NCBI GenBank assembly: GCA_963816145.1
Contig: CAWFJP010000014.1
Location: 224,001 to 288,000, forward strand
Length of the DNA stretch: 64,000 nt
Reading direction: 5' to 3'
Source: an uncultured delta proteobacterium
GTDB taxonomy: Bacteria > Desulfobacterota > Binatia > UBA9968
The notes under the pieces were generated by a model. The model had not been told where the DNA came from, made no database searches, and saw only the letters and a program-made list of their open reading frames with translations. Of this stretch, positions 29,364-39,412 are shown piece after piece. How positions within the stretch are numbered: position 1 is the stretch's first letter; every line of letters begins with the position of its first letter. Both the position numbers and the translations under genes were made by a program.

Positions 29364-30449
29364 TCAAGTCGCCGTGTAATACTTTTCCATCAAATTGCTC
29401 ACGCCGGTTTTGGCGCATGCCTCCGAAAACATCTTTCTGACGATCGGGTCTTCGTCCTCGTACTCGATCTGATTGCCGCCAAGTTTGACGTCGACATCGG
29501 CTTTGCCGCGCCCTTCGCCCCACATCTCGTGATATTTTTGGCTGCCCCAGCGCAGCGCTAGATAGCGCACCGGGACCGAACCGGAGTTGAAATGTTGATG
29601 AAACCAGCCGCCAGGCGGGACGACCAGGCTGCCGGGTCGCCAATCGAAGCGTTTGATCTCCTGGCCGTGCGGCCAGAGGAGGGAGTAGCCTTCGCCGGCG
29701 AGGATGATCACATGGGCGCCGGGGCCGTGAAAGTGGGCTTTCTTGTAACTGCCGACGGCGAACTGCGAGATATGGCCGCAAAGGGTGTTCTCCGACAATT
29801 CTAACCGCACTTGTGAACCTCCGCCGCCGCGCTCCTTCCAGTCGAGCAGTTTTAAATTTTTCACATCGGCAACGAAGTTGGTGTTCCAAGTCCGGCCGGA
29901 GTACCAAGTGCCGGGATTGCCGAAATAGTCCTCTTGGGAATGATAGCGGTCGCTGAAGACGTAGGGACAGTTGAAGATAAAATCGGTGTTGTGAATCAAA
30001 TTCATCATGCACGGCGCGCTGGTGACGGCGAGGAAGCGGGCCGGCTCGCTGCCGTTGCCGTTAAAGATCTCGTGCCAGGAATTGAGCGGCGGCGAGAACA
30101 ACGAGCCTTCTTGCCATTCAAAAGTCCGCTTTGGCTCGCTTTCGTTCCACACCGTCGCCGCGCCGCGACCGCTGATGACGTAGATCAACTCTTCGTACAT
30201 ATGCTTTTCCGGCGCCAGCGATTTGCCGGGTGGAATCTCGCAGATATAGGCGTCGTTGGTTTCGCCGGTGCCTTCCAAGCACAAGCGGACGCCCAGGCCA
30301 CCGGTCCGTTTCCATGGTTTAAGCGCCACGCTAGCGATATCTTCGACGAAGAAGCTCTCGATTAGCGGTATCCCTTCGCTCTCGACCCATTTTCTATAGG
30401 TCCCGCCCTTGCCGACGACGGATTCGCTGGAAATCTTCGGCTCTTGCAT
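29364..30449 (-). CDS. Bicupin protein (gentisate/1-hydroxy-2-naphthoate dioxygenase-like fold)
   Basis: Two cupin motifs: EKHMYEE...WHEIFN and AHFHGPG...WFHQHFN. Confidence 0.8.
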   Translation of the reverse strand: MQEPKISSESVVGKGGTYRKWVESEGIPLIESFFVEDIASVALKPWKRTGGLGVRLCLEGTGETNDAYICEIPPGKSLAPEKHMYEELIYVISGRGAATVWNESEPKRTFEWQEGSLFSPPLNSWHEIFNGNGSEPARFLAVTSAPCMMNLIHNTDFIFNCPYVFSDRYHSQEDYFGNPGTWYSGRTWNTNFVADVKNLKLLDWKERGGGGSQVRLELSENTLCGHISQFAVGSYKKAHFHGPGAHVIILAGEGYSLLWPHGQEIKRFDWRPGSLVVPPGGWFHQHFNSGSVPVRYLALRWGSQKYHEMWGEGRGKADVDVKLGGNQIEYEDEDPIVRKMFSEACAKTGVSNLMEKYYTAT

Positions 30450-30482
30450 TCTCACTGTCTCCCGGTGGTTTGGTTATAAACG

Positions 30483-30518
30483 CTCGGCCGTTCGATCCGC
30501 GAAGACCGAACGGCCGAG
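30483..30518. terminator. Intergenic hairpin between aldolase and cupin genes
   Basis: CTCGGCCGTTCG...CGAACGGCCGAG perfect 12-bp stem; weak U tract. Confidence 0.5.
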
Positions 30519-30543
30519 ATAAATCAGTTCGCCGCGAGTTTAA

Positions 30544-31512
30544 TCAACCAATCAGCTTGGCATACTTCTCGCGCAGTTTGCCGTAGCGTTGGCCGCCTTC
30601 GGTGGCGGCTTTGCGGAAATCGTCCGGCATGTAGTTGTAGGGCGGGCGGATCGGGCCGGTCTTGCAATAACCGGAGGCGGCCATCAAGACCTTTTCCAAT
30701 TGGATGTTGTACGACGCGAAGATTTCTTGCGAACCGGTGATCGCGTGATGCGGCTCGTTGGCCCAGGCAATGTCGGCGGCGACGGTTTTGGCTTGCTCGG
30801 CGCTGCCATCGGCGAGCGCTTTCATCAGCGCGATGGCGACCTGCGGGCCGACCGACGGAATCCAGCAGGTAGTCTGGCTCGCCGGCGAGATCTGCGCGAA
30901 CTCATAAGCGAGGCCCACCGGCGGCACGAAATTCACTTTGCCTTTCGAGGCTTCGACGCATTGTTTGAGAATCGCCTTGCTGGAAAATTTTGCCGACATC
31001 ACCGTCGGCGCCTTCTGCACCACCGGTCCCCAGAAGTCGACGCCGAAGTCGAAGCGAAACGCGCGCGGGTTGGCATAAACCATGATCGGAAAATCGGGAA
31101 AGGTCTCGGCGACGTCGGCGTAGAACTTTACCGCCATTTCAACATTAGCCGGCTGCCACATGGGAATACCGAGAAGGGTGCCGGTGGCGCCACGCTCTTT
31201 GACGAATTTGATGCGTCGCGCGATCTCGTGGCCGCCGAGCGCCGTGGTGCCGACAAAAGTCGGGATCCGGCCGCGCACGGTCTTGAGCAGGCAGTCGACG
31301 TAGGCTTCGTAGTCGGCTTGCGCAGTCGTCGCGCACTCGCCCATGGTGCCGAGCGCCATGATGCCGTTGGCGCCATCGCGCACCAGCGCTTCGGCGAGTC
31401 GTGCAGTCTCGTCCAGATCGACGGTGTTGGTGGCATCTAAACGTTCAGCACCTTGTTTTGCCGGCGTCGGCATGATCGCGAGCGCGCCTTTCAATTCCTG
31501 AGCGGTGATCAT
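30544..31512 (-). CDS. NahE/PhdJ-like hydratase-aldolase (DHDPS superfamily)
   Basis: AIMPTPAK...TVDLDETARL...GTMGECAT, PMWQ, VYANPRAFRF, GPIRPPY: the pattern of benzylidenepyruvate hydratase-aldolases. Confidence 0.85.
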   Translation of the reverse strand: MITAQELKGALAIMPTPAKQGAERLDATNTVDLDETARLAEALVRDGANGIMALGTMGECATTAQADYEAYVDCLLKTVRGRIPTFVGTTALGGHEIARRIKFVKERGATGTLLGIPMWQPANVEMAVKFYADVAETFPDFPIMVYANPRAFRFDFGVDFWGPVVQKAPTVMSAKFSSKAILKQCVEASKGKVNFVPPVGLAYEFAQISPASQTTCWIPSVGPQVAIALMKALADGSAEQAKTVAADIAWANEPHHAITGSQEIFASYNIQLEKVLMAASGYCKTGPIRPPYNYMPDDFRKAATEGGQRYGKLREKYAKLIG

Positions 31513-31605
31513 AAATCCTCCTTTGATCTGGTCAAGATAACGGTTGGTGGTTGATTTGATTGCCTCTTAGCATGACCGGTCAACCTGTGGCAATCGGTTC
31601 AAGGG

Positions 31606-32307
31606 CTAAAGCGTCGTGGCGATTCTGTCGGTCAGGACAATTTCTCTAGCTGTCACCTTGGCGCGGTAAGGCAGCGCTTCGACGCCGGCTTTGATCGCCT
31701 TGCGCAACCAGCGGCCGTACTCGCTATCGATCTCGTCGGCCGGGCGGAAAGTGCTGCAGTCGCCGCGTTGGATAACAAAAACGATGGCGGCGCGGTGGCC
31801 CTGGCGTTTGAGGCGCATGAGTGCTTTTAGGTGCTTCGTGCCGCGTTCGCTGACCGCGTCGGGAAACGCGGCGGTGCCGTTCATCGCTAGGGTAACGTTT
31901 TTCACCTCGATGAAGCAGTTTCCGTTCGGTCCCTCCAAGCAAAGATCGAGCCGGGTATGGGCGCTGACTTTGACTTCGCGGCGTATCGATGGATAGCCGG
32001 TCAGTTCTGCGATCACGCCGGACTGGACCGCTTCCGGCACGAGTTTATTCGGGTGCAGGGTATTGATGCCGACCCAGGTGCTGTCGGTTTTGATCAGCTC
32101 CCAGGTGTAGAGTAGTTTGCGATTCAGGTTTTCGCTGCGCGAGATATAGACTGGGCTGCCGGGCTCTTTGCAGCCCATCATGCTGCCAGTGTTGGTGCAG
32201 TGCGCCGTGACGATTTCGCCGTTTTCTAGGCGCACATCGGCGAGAAATCGCTTGTAACGTTGGATCAGGGCGCCGCGAATGAGACGGGATTTGAAGCGCA
32301 TGGGCAT
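31606..32307 (-). CDS. sfsA: DNA/RNA nuclease SfsA
   Basis: RYKRFLADV, AHCTNTGSM, IEVKNVTL, FPDAVSERGTKHL. Confidence 0.96.
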   Translation of the reverse strand: MPMRFKSRLIRGALIQRYKRFLADVRLENGEIVTAHCTNTGSMMGCKEPGSPVYISRSENLNRKLLYTWELIKTDSTWVGINTLHPNKLVPEAVQSGVIAELTGYPSIRREVKVSAHTRLDLCLEGPNGNCFIEVKNVTLAMNGTAAFPDAVSERGTKHLKALMRLKRQGHRAAIVFVIQRGDCSTFRPADEIDSEYGRWLRKAIKAGVEALPYRAKVTAREIVLTDRIATTL

Positions 32308-32338
32308 GTGTATAGCTGATGGTGTGGCAGAATGATAT

Positions 32339-32434
32339 CGGGATTCGGATTAGCTCCCGCAATGACGCAAAGTTCGGAAAGTCTGTTTTTCCCTGGCGCC
32401 TTGGCGACTTTGCGAGAGGTGTCTCCGAGTCCGA
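32339..32434. repeat. Degenerate CGCAAAG-type palindrome
   Basis: CGGGATTCGGATTAGCTCCCGCAATGACGCAAAG...CTTGGCGACTTTGCGAGAGGTGTCTCCGAGTCCGA. Confidence 0.6.
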
Positions 32435-32511
32435 CTGTTTTTGACTTGTTTCTTGAACTGCCAGACGCGCTTTGTTAGGACTCGTTAATCATTTTTCGAT
32501 TGGGAGTGTTC

Positions 32512-34725
32512 ATGGCCAAGCGCGCATTCAAGTACGTCGGGCATAGCGTCAAGCGGGTCGACGGAATCGAGAAAGTCACCGGCGCGGCAAAGTATGTCGG
32601 CGATATTACGGTTCCCGGAATGCTGTACGGCAAGATCCTGCGCAGCACTTATCCGCACGCGCGGATTCGCTCGATCGACGCGTCGCAGGCCGAGGCGCTG
32701 CCGGGCGTTATTGCGGTGCTGACGGCGGCCGACATCGCCGATCTCAATCCGATCTACAACGGCCGGCCGGTGATCGCCATGAACAAGGTGCGCTATGTCG
32801 GTGAGCCGGTGGCGGCGGTGGCGGCGGAGGATCTGGCAACTGCCGAGGAGGCGCTGGCGTTAATTCACGTCGACTACGAAGAGCTGCCGACGGTGACGAA
32901 CATCGAAGCCGCGATCAAGCCGGGCGCGCCGTTGGTTCATGAAGACAAGGGCAACAACATCGGCACCCATGAAAAGGTCAACCGCGGCAACGCCGACGAG
33001 GGCTTCGCGCAATCTGATGTCATTGCCGAAGACCATTTCACTTTTCCGATGGTCTATCACTATGCGATGGAGCCGCACTCGGCGATTGGCCATTACGACG
33101 ACAATGAAATCACTGTCTGGTCGTCGGCGCAGCATCCGTTTCAGGTACGCGGCGATATTTCCAAGGTCTTTAAAGTGCCCACCGCCAAGGTGCGCTTGAT
33201 CATCAACTATCTGGGAGGCGGCTACGGCAGCAAGTCCTACACCAAGTTCGAGCCGCTGGTCGTCGCACTGGCGCGCAAGGCGCAGCGGCCGGTGCGTATT
33301 TGTAACTCCGTCGGCGAGTCGATGGTCACGGTGCGGCGCCACGGCGCGCGAGTGCGCATCAAGACCGGCGTCAAAAACGATGGCACGATCATGGCCCGCG
33401 AGGCGGAGATTTATCTCGATACCGGCGGCTACGACGACAACGGTCCGCAGGTGACGGCGCGCTCGGCGACGCGCATCCTCGGTCCCTATTGGATCCCCAA
33501 TATCCGCACCAATGCCTATCAGGTCTACACTAACACCGGCTCGGCCGGATCCTATCGCGCCATCGGCGCGCCCCAGGTCATCTTTGCCGGTGAGTCGCAG
33601 ATCGAAATACTCGCCGCCAAACTGGGCATGGACCCGGCCGAGTTGCGGGCGAAGAACTTGCTCAAGAAAGGCCAAGAGCTGCGCCCTGGATTAAAAGGCA
33701 TCGACGCCAACTTGGCAGCGAATTTGAAAACTTTGGTGCGCGCCAGTCATTGGAAACAAGCGCGGAAAACTAAGCATGCCGCGGTCGGCATGGGCTGCGC
33801 GATCACCAACGCCGGCGCGACGCCGGTGTCGGTGGCGATGATTCGCATGCAGTCCGACGGCGTCGCCAATATCGCGGCCGGCAGCACCGAGATGGGGCAG
33901 GGCGTGCGCACCACGTTGACGCAGATCGCCGCCGAAGAGTTAACCCTGCCGATGGAGCAATTCCGCATGCTCGGTGCCGATACCAAGGTGACGCCTTTTG
34001 ATAGCTCGACGGGATCGAGCCGTTCGACGACGTTGATGGGCACGGCGGTGCAAAAGGCGGCGCGCGACCTGCGGCAGCAATTCATCAAGATCGGCGCACA
34101 GACGATGGGCGTGAAGTCGAATCAGATCCACGTTGTCGACGGCGCGCTGGTGTGCGGCGAGTCGCGGCTGTCGTTCAAAGAAGCGTTTGAAAAGCGCTTC
34201 GGCAAAGGCTCGGGCGGCGAAATGATCGGCCGTGGTGAAGCCGGCCCGGAGATCACCGACAACAAACTGCCGGTATTCTGGGAGGTCGGCATGGGCAGCG
34301 CCGAAGTCGACATCGACCGCGAGACTGGCGAAGTTAAGTTGAAAAAATTTATTTCCGTCGCCGATGTCGGCAAAGCGATTCATCCCGAGCATTGCGTCGC
34401 CCAGGAAGAAGGCGCGGCGATGCAGGGCATCGGTCACACCTTTTTCGAGCAGTTGATCTACGACAACGGCCAGCTGCTCAATCCGAATCTGGTCGACTAT
34501 CGTATCCCATCTTTTTCCGAAGTGCCGGAAGAGTTTCATACCGAGCTGGTGGAAAACGGCGATGGCCCCGGACCGTTCGGCGTGCGCGGCATGGCCGAAG
34601 GCGGGATTCTCTCCGTCGCCCCGTCGGTGTGCAACGCCATCGACCGGGCGACGGGAGTGCGCATTCGCGACCTACCGTTGACCCCGGAGCGGGTCTGGCG
34701 CGCGCTGAAGGAAGCCGGCAAATAA
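32512..34725 (+). CDS. Xanthine dehydrogenase-family molybdopterin-binding (large) subunit
   Basis: EKVTGAAKY, LRSTYPHARI, HYAMEPH, GGGYGSK, TEMGQG, GVRGMAEGG, DLPLTPERV. Confidence 0.93.
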   Translation: MAKRAFKYVGHSVKRVDGIEKVTGAAKYVGDITVPGMLYGKILRSTYPHARIRSIDASQAEALPGVIAVLTAADIADLNPIYNGRPVIAMNKVRYVGEPVAAVAAEDLATAEEALALIHVDYEELPTVTNIEAAIKPGAPLVHEDKGNNIGTHEKVNRGNADEGFAQSDVIAEDHFTFPMVYHYAMEPHSAIGHYDDNEITVWSSAQHPFQVRGDISKVFKVPTAKVRLIINYLGGGYGSKSYTKFEPLVVALARKAQRPVRICNSVGESMVTVRRHGARVRIKTGVKNDGTIMAREAEIYLDTGGYDDNGPQVTARSATRILGPYWIPNIRTNAYQVYTNTGSAGSYRAIGAPQVIFAGESQIEILAAKLGMDPAELRAKNLLKKGQELRPGLKGIDANLAANLKTLVRASHWKQARKTKHAAVGMGCAITNAGATPVSVAMIRMQSDGVANIAAGSTEMGQGVRTTLTQIAAEELTLPMEQFRMLGADTKVTPFDSSTGSSRSTTLMGTAVQKAARDLRQQFIKIGAQTMGVKSNQIHVVDGALVCGESRLSFKEAFEKRFGKGSGGEMIGRGEAGPEITDNKLPVFWEVGMGSAEVDIDRETGEVKLKKFISVADVGKAIHPEHCVAQEEGAAMQGIGHTFFEQLIYDNGQLLNPNLVDYRIPSFSEVPEEFHTELVENGDGPGPFGVRGMAEGGILSVAPSVCNAIDRATGVRIRDLPLTPERVWRALKEAGK

Positions 34726-34738
34726 GCAAGACAATAAT

Positions 34739-34816
34739 CACCACGAAGACACGAAGGACACGAAAGTTTCGGATACCTTAGTTTCCGAACTTCGTGCTCT
34801 TCGTGTCTTCGTGGTG
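34739..34816. repeat. CACGAAG-type intergenic palindrome
   Basis: CACCACGAAGACACGAAGGACACGAA...TTCGTGCTCTTCGTGTCTTCGTGGTG. Confidence 0.85.
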
Positions 34817-34845
34817 GAAAGAACATTTAGCTTTAAGGAACAGTT

Positions 34846-35346
34846 ATGACTACGACGACTGGCATAGCGGATTTCACCATCAAGCCGGCCACCAAGAAGG
34901 ATGTGCCGGTGATTCTCGCTTTCATTCGAAAGCTTGCCGATTATGAGCGACTCTCGCATCAAGTGGTCGCCACCGAAGAATTGTTGCAGCGGACGATTTT
35001 CGGCCAGCGCCGCACCGCGGAAGTCGCGATCGGCTATTTCAGAAATGAGCCGGTTGGATTTGTTTTGTTCTTTCACAATTTCTCGACCTTTCTCGGTCGG
35101 CCGGGGATTTACATCGAGGATTTGTTTGTCGACGAATCGTTCCGTCGGCGCGGTTTTGGCGGCGCTTTGTTGGCCCACATCGCCAAGCTGGCAGCGGTGC
35201 GTGATTGTGGCCGGCTCGAATGGTCGGTGTTGGACTGGAACGAGCCGGCGATCAATTTTTACCAAAAACTTGGCGCTGTGCCGATGAAAGAGTGGACGGT
35301 GTTTCGCGTCACCGGAGACAACTTGCATCGGCTTGCCGGGCGTTAG
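34846..35346 (+). CDS. GNAT N-acetyltransferase (SSAT/polyamine acetyltransferase-like)
   Basis: FHNFSTFLGRPGIYIEDLFV, RRRGFG, WSVLDWNEPAINFY. Confidence 0.92.
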   Translation: MTTTTGIADFTIKPATKKDVPVILAFIRKLADYERLSHQVVATEELLQRTIFGQRRTAEVAIGYFRNEPVGFVLFFHNFSTFLGRPGIYIEDLFVDESFRRRGFGGALLAHIAKLAAVRDCGRLEWSVLDWNEPAINFYQKLGAVPMKEWTVFRVTGDNLHRLAGR

Positions 35347-35556
35347 GATTGCGCGCTTCAACGTGAATATCTCTTTCGCGGGTGGTGGAAGTCTTTCCCG
35401 TTCGACGGTGCTGAGAGCACGCTTTCGGCACTTTGCAGACTCACAGTTCGATTCTAATCAAAAATACCGGATTCCAGCCGGCCCTGTGATCTTGGCAGCA
35501 CGGGTCGACCGTAAGCCGACGAGCTCACAGCCTCTGGGCTTGAAACCGACGGTTGT

Positions 35557-36228
35557 TCAGTTGACCTTATTGCGGGGAAACGGAATCTGGATCTCTATGC
35601 GGGTTCCTTTGCCGGGGGCGGTTTCGATGTCGAGAGTCCCACCGAGTTTTTGCACCCGTTCTTTCATGCCTTTGAGTCCGTAGTGGCTGCTGCCTTCGGT
35701 GGCGGCGACGATGAAGCCGACGCCGTTGTCGTTCAGCTTGGCTTGGAAGCCGGACTGGTTGCGGGCCAGCGATAATCGGATCTCCGAGGCACGAGCGTGG
35801 CGCACCGCATTGAGCACCCCCTCGCGCAGGGTGAAGTAGAGTTCCTTTTCGATGTCGATCGGCAGGTCATGGGCGTCGATGGCGCATTGGAGATCGATCT
35901 GAAAACCGCTGCGCGCGCTGAAAATGCTTAACTCTTCTTTGAGCCGGCGCTCCAAGGAACCGGCTTGCATTTGCTCCTCGATTTGATTTTCGGCGAGCAG
36001 ATTACGGATTTCGGTGATCGCGTGATCGAGGTTGTCTTCGATGGTTAGAACTTCTTTTTCCAGCGCCGCTGGATCGCTGTTCAAGTAATGGAGGCAGTTA
36101 TCCAGGCGCATTCGAGCGCTGGTGAGCAGCTGTAAGGCGCGGTCGTGGAGCTCTCGCGACAGCCGGCGACGCTCTTCGACGCGGGCCGCGGCGATGGGGT
36201 CCTTCTTGTGCGCGTCTCTAGGCTTCAT
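35557..36228 (-). CDS. Sensor-less HisKA_3/HATPase histidine kinase
   Basis: ERRRLSRELHD H-box, EGVLNAVRHA N-box, DNGVGF, GLKGMKER, PGKGT. Confidence 0.9.
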   Translation of the reverse strand: MKPRDAHKKDPIAAARVEERRRLSRELHDRALQLLTSARMRLDNCLHYLNSDPAALEKEVLTIEDNLDHAITEIRNLLAENQIEEQMQAGSLERRLKEELSIFSARSGFQIDLQCAIDAHDLPIDIEKELYFTLREGVLNAVRHARASEIRLSLARNQSGFQAKLNDNGVGFIVAATEGSSHYGLKGMKERVQKLGGTLDIETAPGKGTRIEIQIPFPRNKVN

Positions 36229-36292
36229 GGTGGATTCTGCTTAGCGCTGCAGCTCGGCGGCCCTCCGTTTGGCAAACCGTTTCCGACCCTTT

Positions 36293-37006
36293 TCACACCC
36301 CGAGATGGCGGCGCAAAAAATCCACCGTGCGCGGCCAGGCTTCGGCTTCCGCGCTGGGGCGAAACGATTCTTTCGTATGGTCCATGAAGGCGTGCCCGGC
36401 GCCGGGATAACCGTAGAATTCATGGGTCTTACGATGCTTGGTCAACTCGGCGGCGAGTTTCTCCCGGTCCTCGGGCGAGGGGTTTTTGTCACCGTCACCA
36501 AAGTGTCCTTGGATCGGGCAATGGATCTCCGCGGTGCGTTCGAAGGGTGATGGAATATCGCGACCCCAAGCACGGCCGGTGTTGCCCGGATAAAAGGTTA
36601 CTGCCGCTTTGAATGCCGGGTTTGCGGCGGCCGCTAAATAGACCACCCGGCCGCCCATGCAGAAGCCGATGATGCCGATACGTTTGGCAACGACGGCGCG
36701 ATGGTTTTGCAGAAACTTTACCGTCGCTTCGATGTCGTTGGTCACGCGCCGGTCGCTCAGGCGCTGGCTGCGGGTGCGCGGATCGTCTTGGCAGTCCGGA
36801 CCGTCGCGGTGGTAGAGATCGGGCACAGCGGCGACGTAGCCGGCGCCGGCGAGTCTTTGCGCCATTCCCTGTATGAATTCATCGACGCCGGTCTGATGGT
36901 GGATGACGACCAGTGCCGGAAACGGCCCGGTGCCGTCGGGCACGCTCACATAAAGCGGCATGGGGTTATTGTCGGATTCGGTTTGCTGCCAAGTGGATGC
37001 TGCCAT
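36293..37006 (-). CDS. Dienelactone hydrolase family protein
   Basis: GFCMGG nucleophile, YPGAGHAF. Confidence 0.93.
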   Translation of the reverse strand: MAASTWQQTESDNNPMPLYVSVPDGTGPFPALVVIHHQTGVDEFIQGMAQRLAGAGYVAAVPDLYHRDGPDCQDDPRTRSQRLSDRRVTNDIEATVKFLQNHRAVVAKRIGIIGFCMGGRVVYLAAAANPAFKAAVTFYPGNTGRAWGRDIPSPFERTAEIHCPIQGHFGDGDKNPSPEDREKLAAELTKHRKTHEFYGYPGAGHAFMDHTKESFRPSAEAEAWPRTVDFLRRHLGV

Positions 37007-37083
37007 GATTCGGTTCCTCAAAGCTAGCTGCCGTGTAACTTAGCGAGCGCATGGAGTCAAGTTAGCATCGGGCGGCGTTGTTG

Positions 37084-37806
37084 TTAATCAAGATGGTCGA
37101 GAATTTGCCGCAGGCTGCTGAGGCGATCCTGCGGCGCGGCGTCGGCGGCGAGATCGCGGTCGATCAAGAGAGCGCGCACGCCGGCGTTATTCGCGCCTTG
37201 CAGATCGTTGGTCTCGCTGTCGCCGATATGGAGCGCTTGCGCCGAGGTGAGGCCAAAGCGTGTGAGGGCGAGATTGAAAATTTGCGGTTGCGGCTTAGCG
37301 TAGCCGACCGCGCTCGAGACAAAGACCTGCGAGAAGTTGGCGCCGACGTTGAGCCCATTGAGTATCCGCACCAGTCGCGAATCGAAGTTGGAAATCACCG
37401 CGAGGAGCAGGCCGCGTTGTTTAAGTGCCACAAGGGTTTCGACCGCTTCCGGATAGAGCTGCCAGGCGTCGGGTTGGGCGAAATAAGCGAACAGTTCGTC
37501 GAAATAATCGTCGAAGCGCGTAAACTCGCCCCAGGGTTCGAAGATTTGCGCGACTAGCCGCTTCCACCATTGGCGCTCGAGGGGTTCGATCTGCGCCGGC
37601 GCGGCGCCGGGGAACGCGAGTGGCGGCGCGCCGTCGAAGCAAATGCGAAAGCGCTCGAACAGGTCCGCGGGCGTTACCGACTTGCCATAATTGGCCGCGA
37701 TCGTGGCATAGCTTTCGCCAACGCGGTGCGCCGGCTTGATCAAGGTGCCTGCGGCGTCGAAGAAAACCGCTTTGGTTCTGCTGTCGGGGGATTTTTCTAG
37801 AGACAT
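37084..37806 (-). CDS. HAD-IA hydrolase (REG-2/HDHD3-like)
   Basis: FFDAAGTL, ISNFDSRL, KP..IF, HIGDS. Confidence 0.92.
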   Translation of the reverse strand: MSLEKSPDSRTKAVFFDAAGTLIKPAHRVGESYATIAANYGKSVTPADLFERFRICFDGAPPLAFPGAAPAQIEPLERQWWKRLVAQIFEPWGEFTRFDDYFDELFAYFAQPDAWQLYPEAVETLVALKQRGLLLAVISNFDSRLVRILNGLNVGANFSQVFVSSAVGYAKPQPQIFNLALTRFGLTSAQALHIGDSETNDLQGANNAGVRALLIDRDLAADAAPQDRLSSLRQILDHLD

Positions 37807-37899
37807 GAAGTTTTTCTATTAAATACGCTAAGAGTCTGCGCCGCCGTGCGACCATGCTTGTGTTGGTTTGGACCGTAACATCCTTTATAATCAAAATCG

Positions 37900-38490
37900 A
37901 TGGAGAAGAAGGCTGCGCTAGTGGTTATCGACGTGCAAAACGATTTTTGCCCTGGCGGTGCGTTGGCAGTCACCGAGGGCGATCGAGTGGTGGCGCCGCT
38001 CAATCGTTACGTCGGGAGGTTTGCCGAGGCCGGTTTGCCGATCTTTGCGACCCGAGACTGGCATCCTGAGAAGACTATCCACTTCAAGGCGTACGGTGGG
38101 CTTTGGCCGCCTCACTGCATTCAGGGCTCCAAGGGTGCAGAGTTTCGCGCTGATCTGGCCTTGCCGGAGGACGCTGTGATCGTGTCGGCCGGCATGGCTC
38201 CCGATGAGGAAGGTTATTCGGGCTTTGACGGCGTCGATGCTTCCGGCGTTGGTTTGGTGGAATTGCTCCGCCGGATTAACGTAACACATATCTACGTTGG
38301 CGGACTAGCTACCGATTATTGCGTCAAACAAACTGTGTTGGACGGAGTGAAGCGCGGCTTCGCTGTGACTTTGCTAGAAGACGCGGTTCGTGGAGTCGAA
38401 CTGGCCCCCGGAGACTCCCAGCGCGCGATTCAGGAGATGCTTCAAGCCGGCGCCGACGCAATTCATGACATTGCTGATCTTGTCCTGTGA
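37900..38490 (+). CDS. pncA: Nicotinamidase/pyrazinamidase
   Basis: IDVQNDFCPGGAL, DWHP, WPPHC, GLATDYCV. Confidence 0.93.
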   Translation: MEKKAALVVIDVQNDFCPGGALAVTEGDRVVAPLNRYVGRFAEAGLPIFATRDWHPEKTIHFKAYGGLWPPHCIQGSKGAEFRADLALPEDAVIVSAGMAPDEEGYSGFDGVDASGVGLVELLRRINVTHIYVGGLATDYCVKQTVLDGVKRGFAVTLLEDAVRGVELAPGDSQRAIQEMLQAGADAIHDIADLVL

Positions 38491-38578
38491 TAGCCGATCC
38501 TTCGGCCCACTCGGTTAGTTGCCGCCATCCAAGTTGTAGTGTTTAATTACCTCGTTTGCATTCGCCGAAAGGATAACT

Positions 38579-39382
38579 GTGACGATTAATTTTCAGTTCA
38601 ACCAAGAGCTTGGCGCCGCCGAGCAGGCGGCGCGGGATGCCGGCGCCGCGATCATGGAGCTGTTTCGCGGCAAGTACGATATCCAAGAAAAAAGCAAAAA
38701 TAATCCGGTAACGACGGCGGATCTCGAAGCCAACCGCATCATCCGCGAGCGCATCGCCAGTACCTTTCCCGATGACGGCTGGCTGTCTGAGGAAGATGCC
38801 GATAGCGAGCGCCGTTTGGCGCTATCGCGGGTCTGGGTCGTCGATCCCATCGACGGCACCAAGGAGTTTATCGAAGGGGTGCCGCAGTTCGCGGTTTCCA
38901 TCGGCTTTGTCGTCGACGGCGTGGCGCAGGCGGCGGTGGTGTACAATCCGGCGCAAAAGGAGTTCTTCAAAGCGGCGGCCGGTCATGGCGCTTACTTAAA
39001 CGATAATGCCATCCGGGTCACGGCTCACGAACACATCGACGGCGCGCGGCTATTGGTCAGCCGCTCCGAGCCGGCGAAAAAGTTTCAAGTGTTCGTCGAT
39101 CGCTGCGCCATCGAGCCGGTGGGCAGCATCGCTTACCGGCTCGCGAAAGTGGCCGGCGGCGACGGCGACGGCACGCTGACCTTCCGCTCTATTTACGAAT
39201 GGGACATCTGCGCCGGAGTGTTGATGGTCGAAGAGGCGGGGGGCAAGGCGGTCGACGGCGATGGTCATGCGTTGAGATTCAATCGCCAGCCGGCCAGACA
39301 TCGCGGCGTGGTCGCCGCCAATGCGGCGCTCACGCCTAGCTTGCAAGGCCTGTGGGCGGCGGCGATGACCGATAAGAAATAG
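38579..39382 (+). CDS. cysQ: 3'(2'),5'-bisphosphate nucleotidase CysQ / inositol monophosphatase family
   Basis: PVTTAD, LSEE, WVVDPIDGTKEF, EWDICAG. Confidence 0.8.
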   Translation: MTINFQFNQELGAAEQAARDAGAAIMELFRGKYDIQEKSKNNPVTTADLEANRIIRERIASTFPDDGWLSEEDADSERRLALSRVWVVDPIDGTKEFIEGVPQFAVSIGFVVDGVAQAAVVYNPAQKEFFKAAAGHGAYLNDNAIRVTAHEHIDGARLLVSRSEPAKKFQVFVDRCAIEPVGSIAYRLAKVAGGDGDGTLTFRSIYEWDICAGVLMVEEAGGKAVDGDGHALRFNRQPARHRGVVAANAALTPSLQGLWAAAMTDKK

Positions 39383-39412
39383 CTCTGTCGGTTCATAAGA
39401 AAATTCACTGTC

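Noticed and set aside
35347-35556. Structured ncRNA between the GNAT and kinase genes
   Set aside because: A few short stems only, with no recognisable family consensus.
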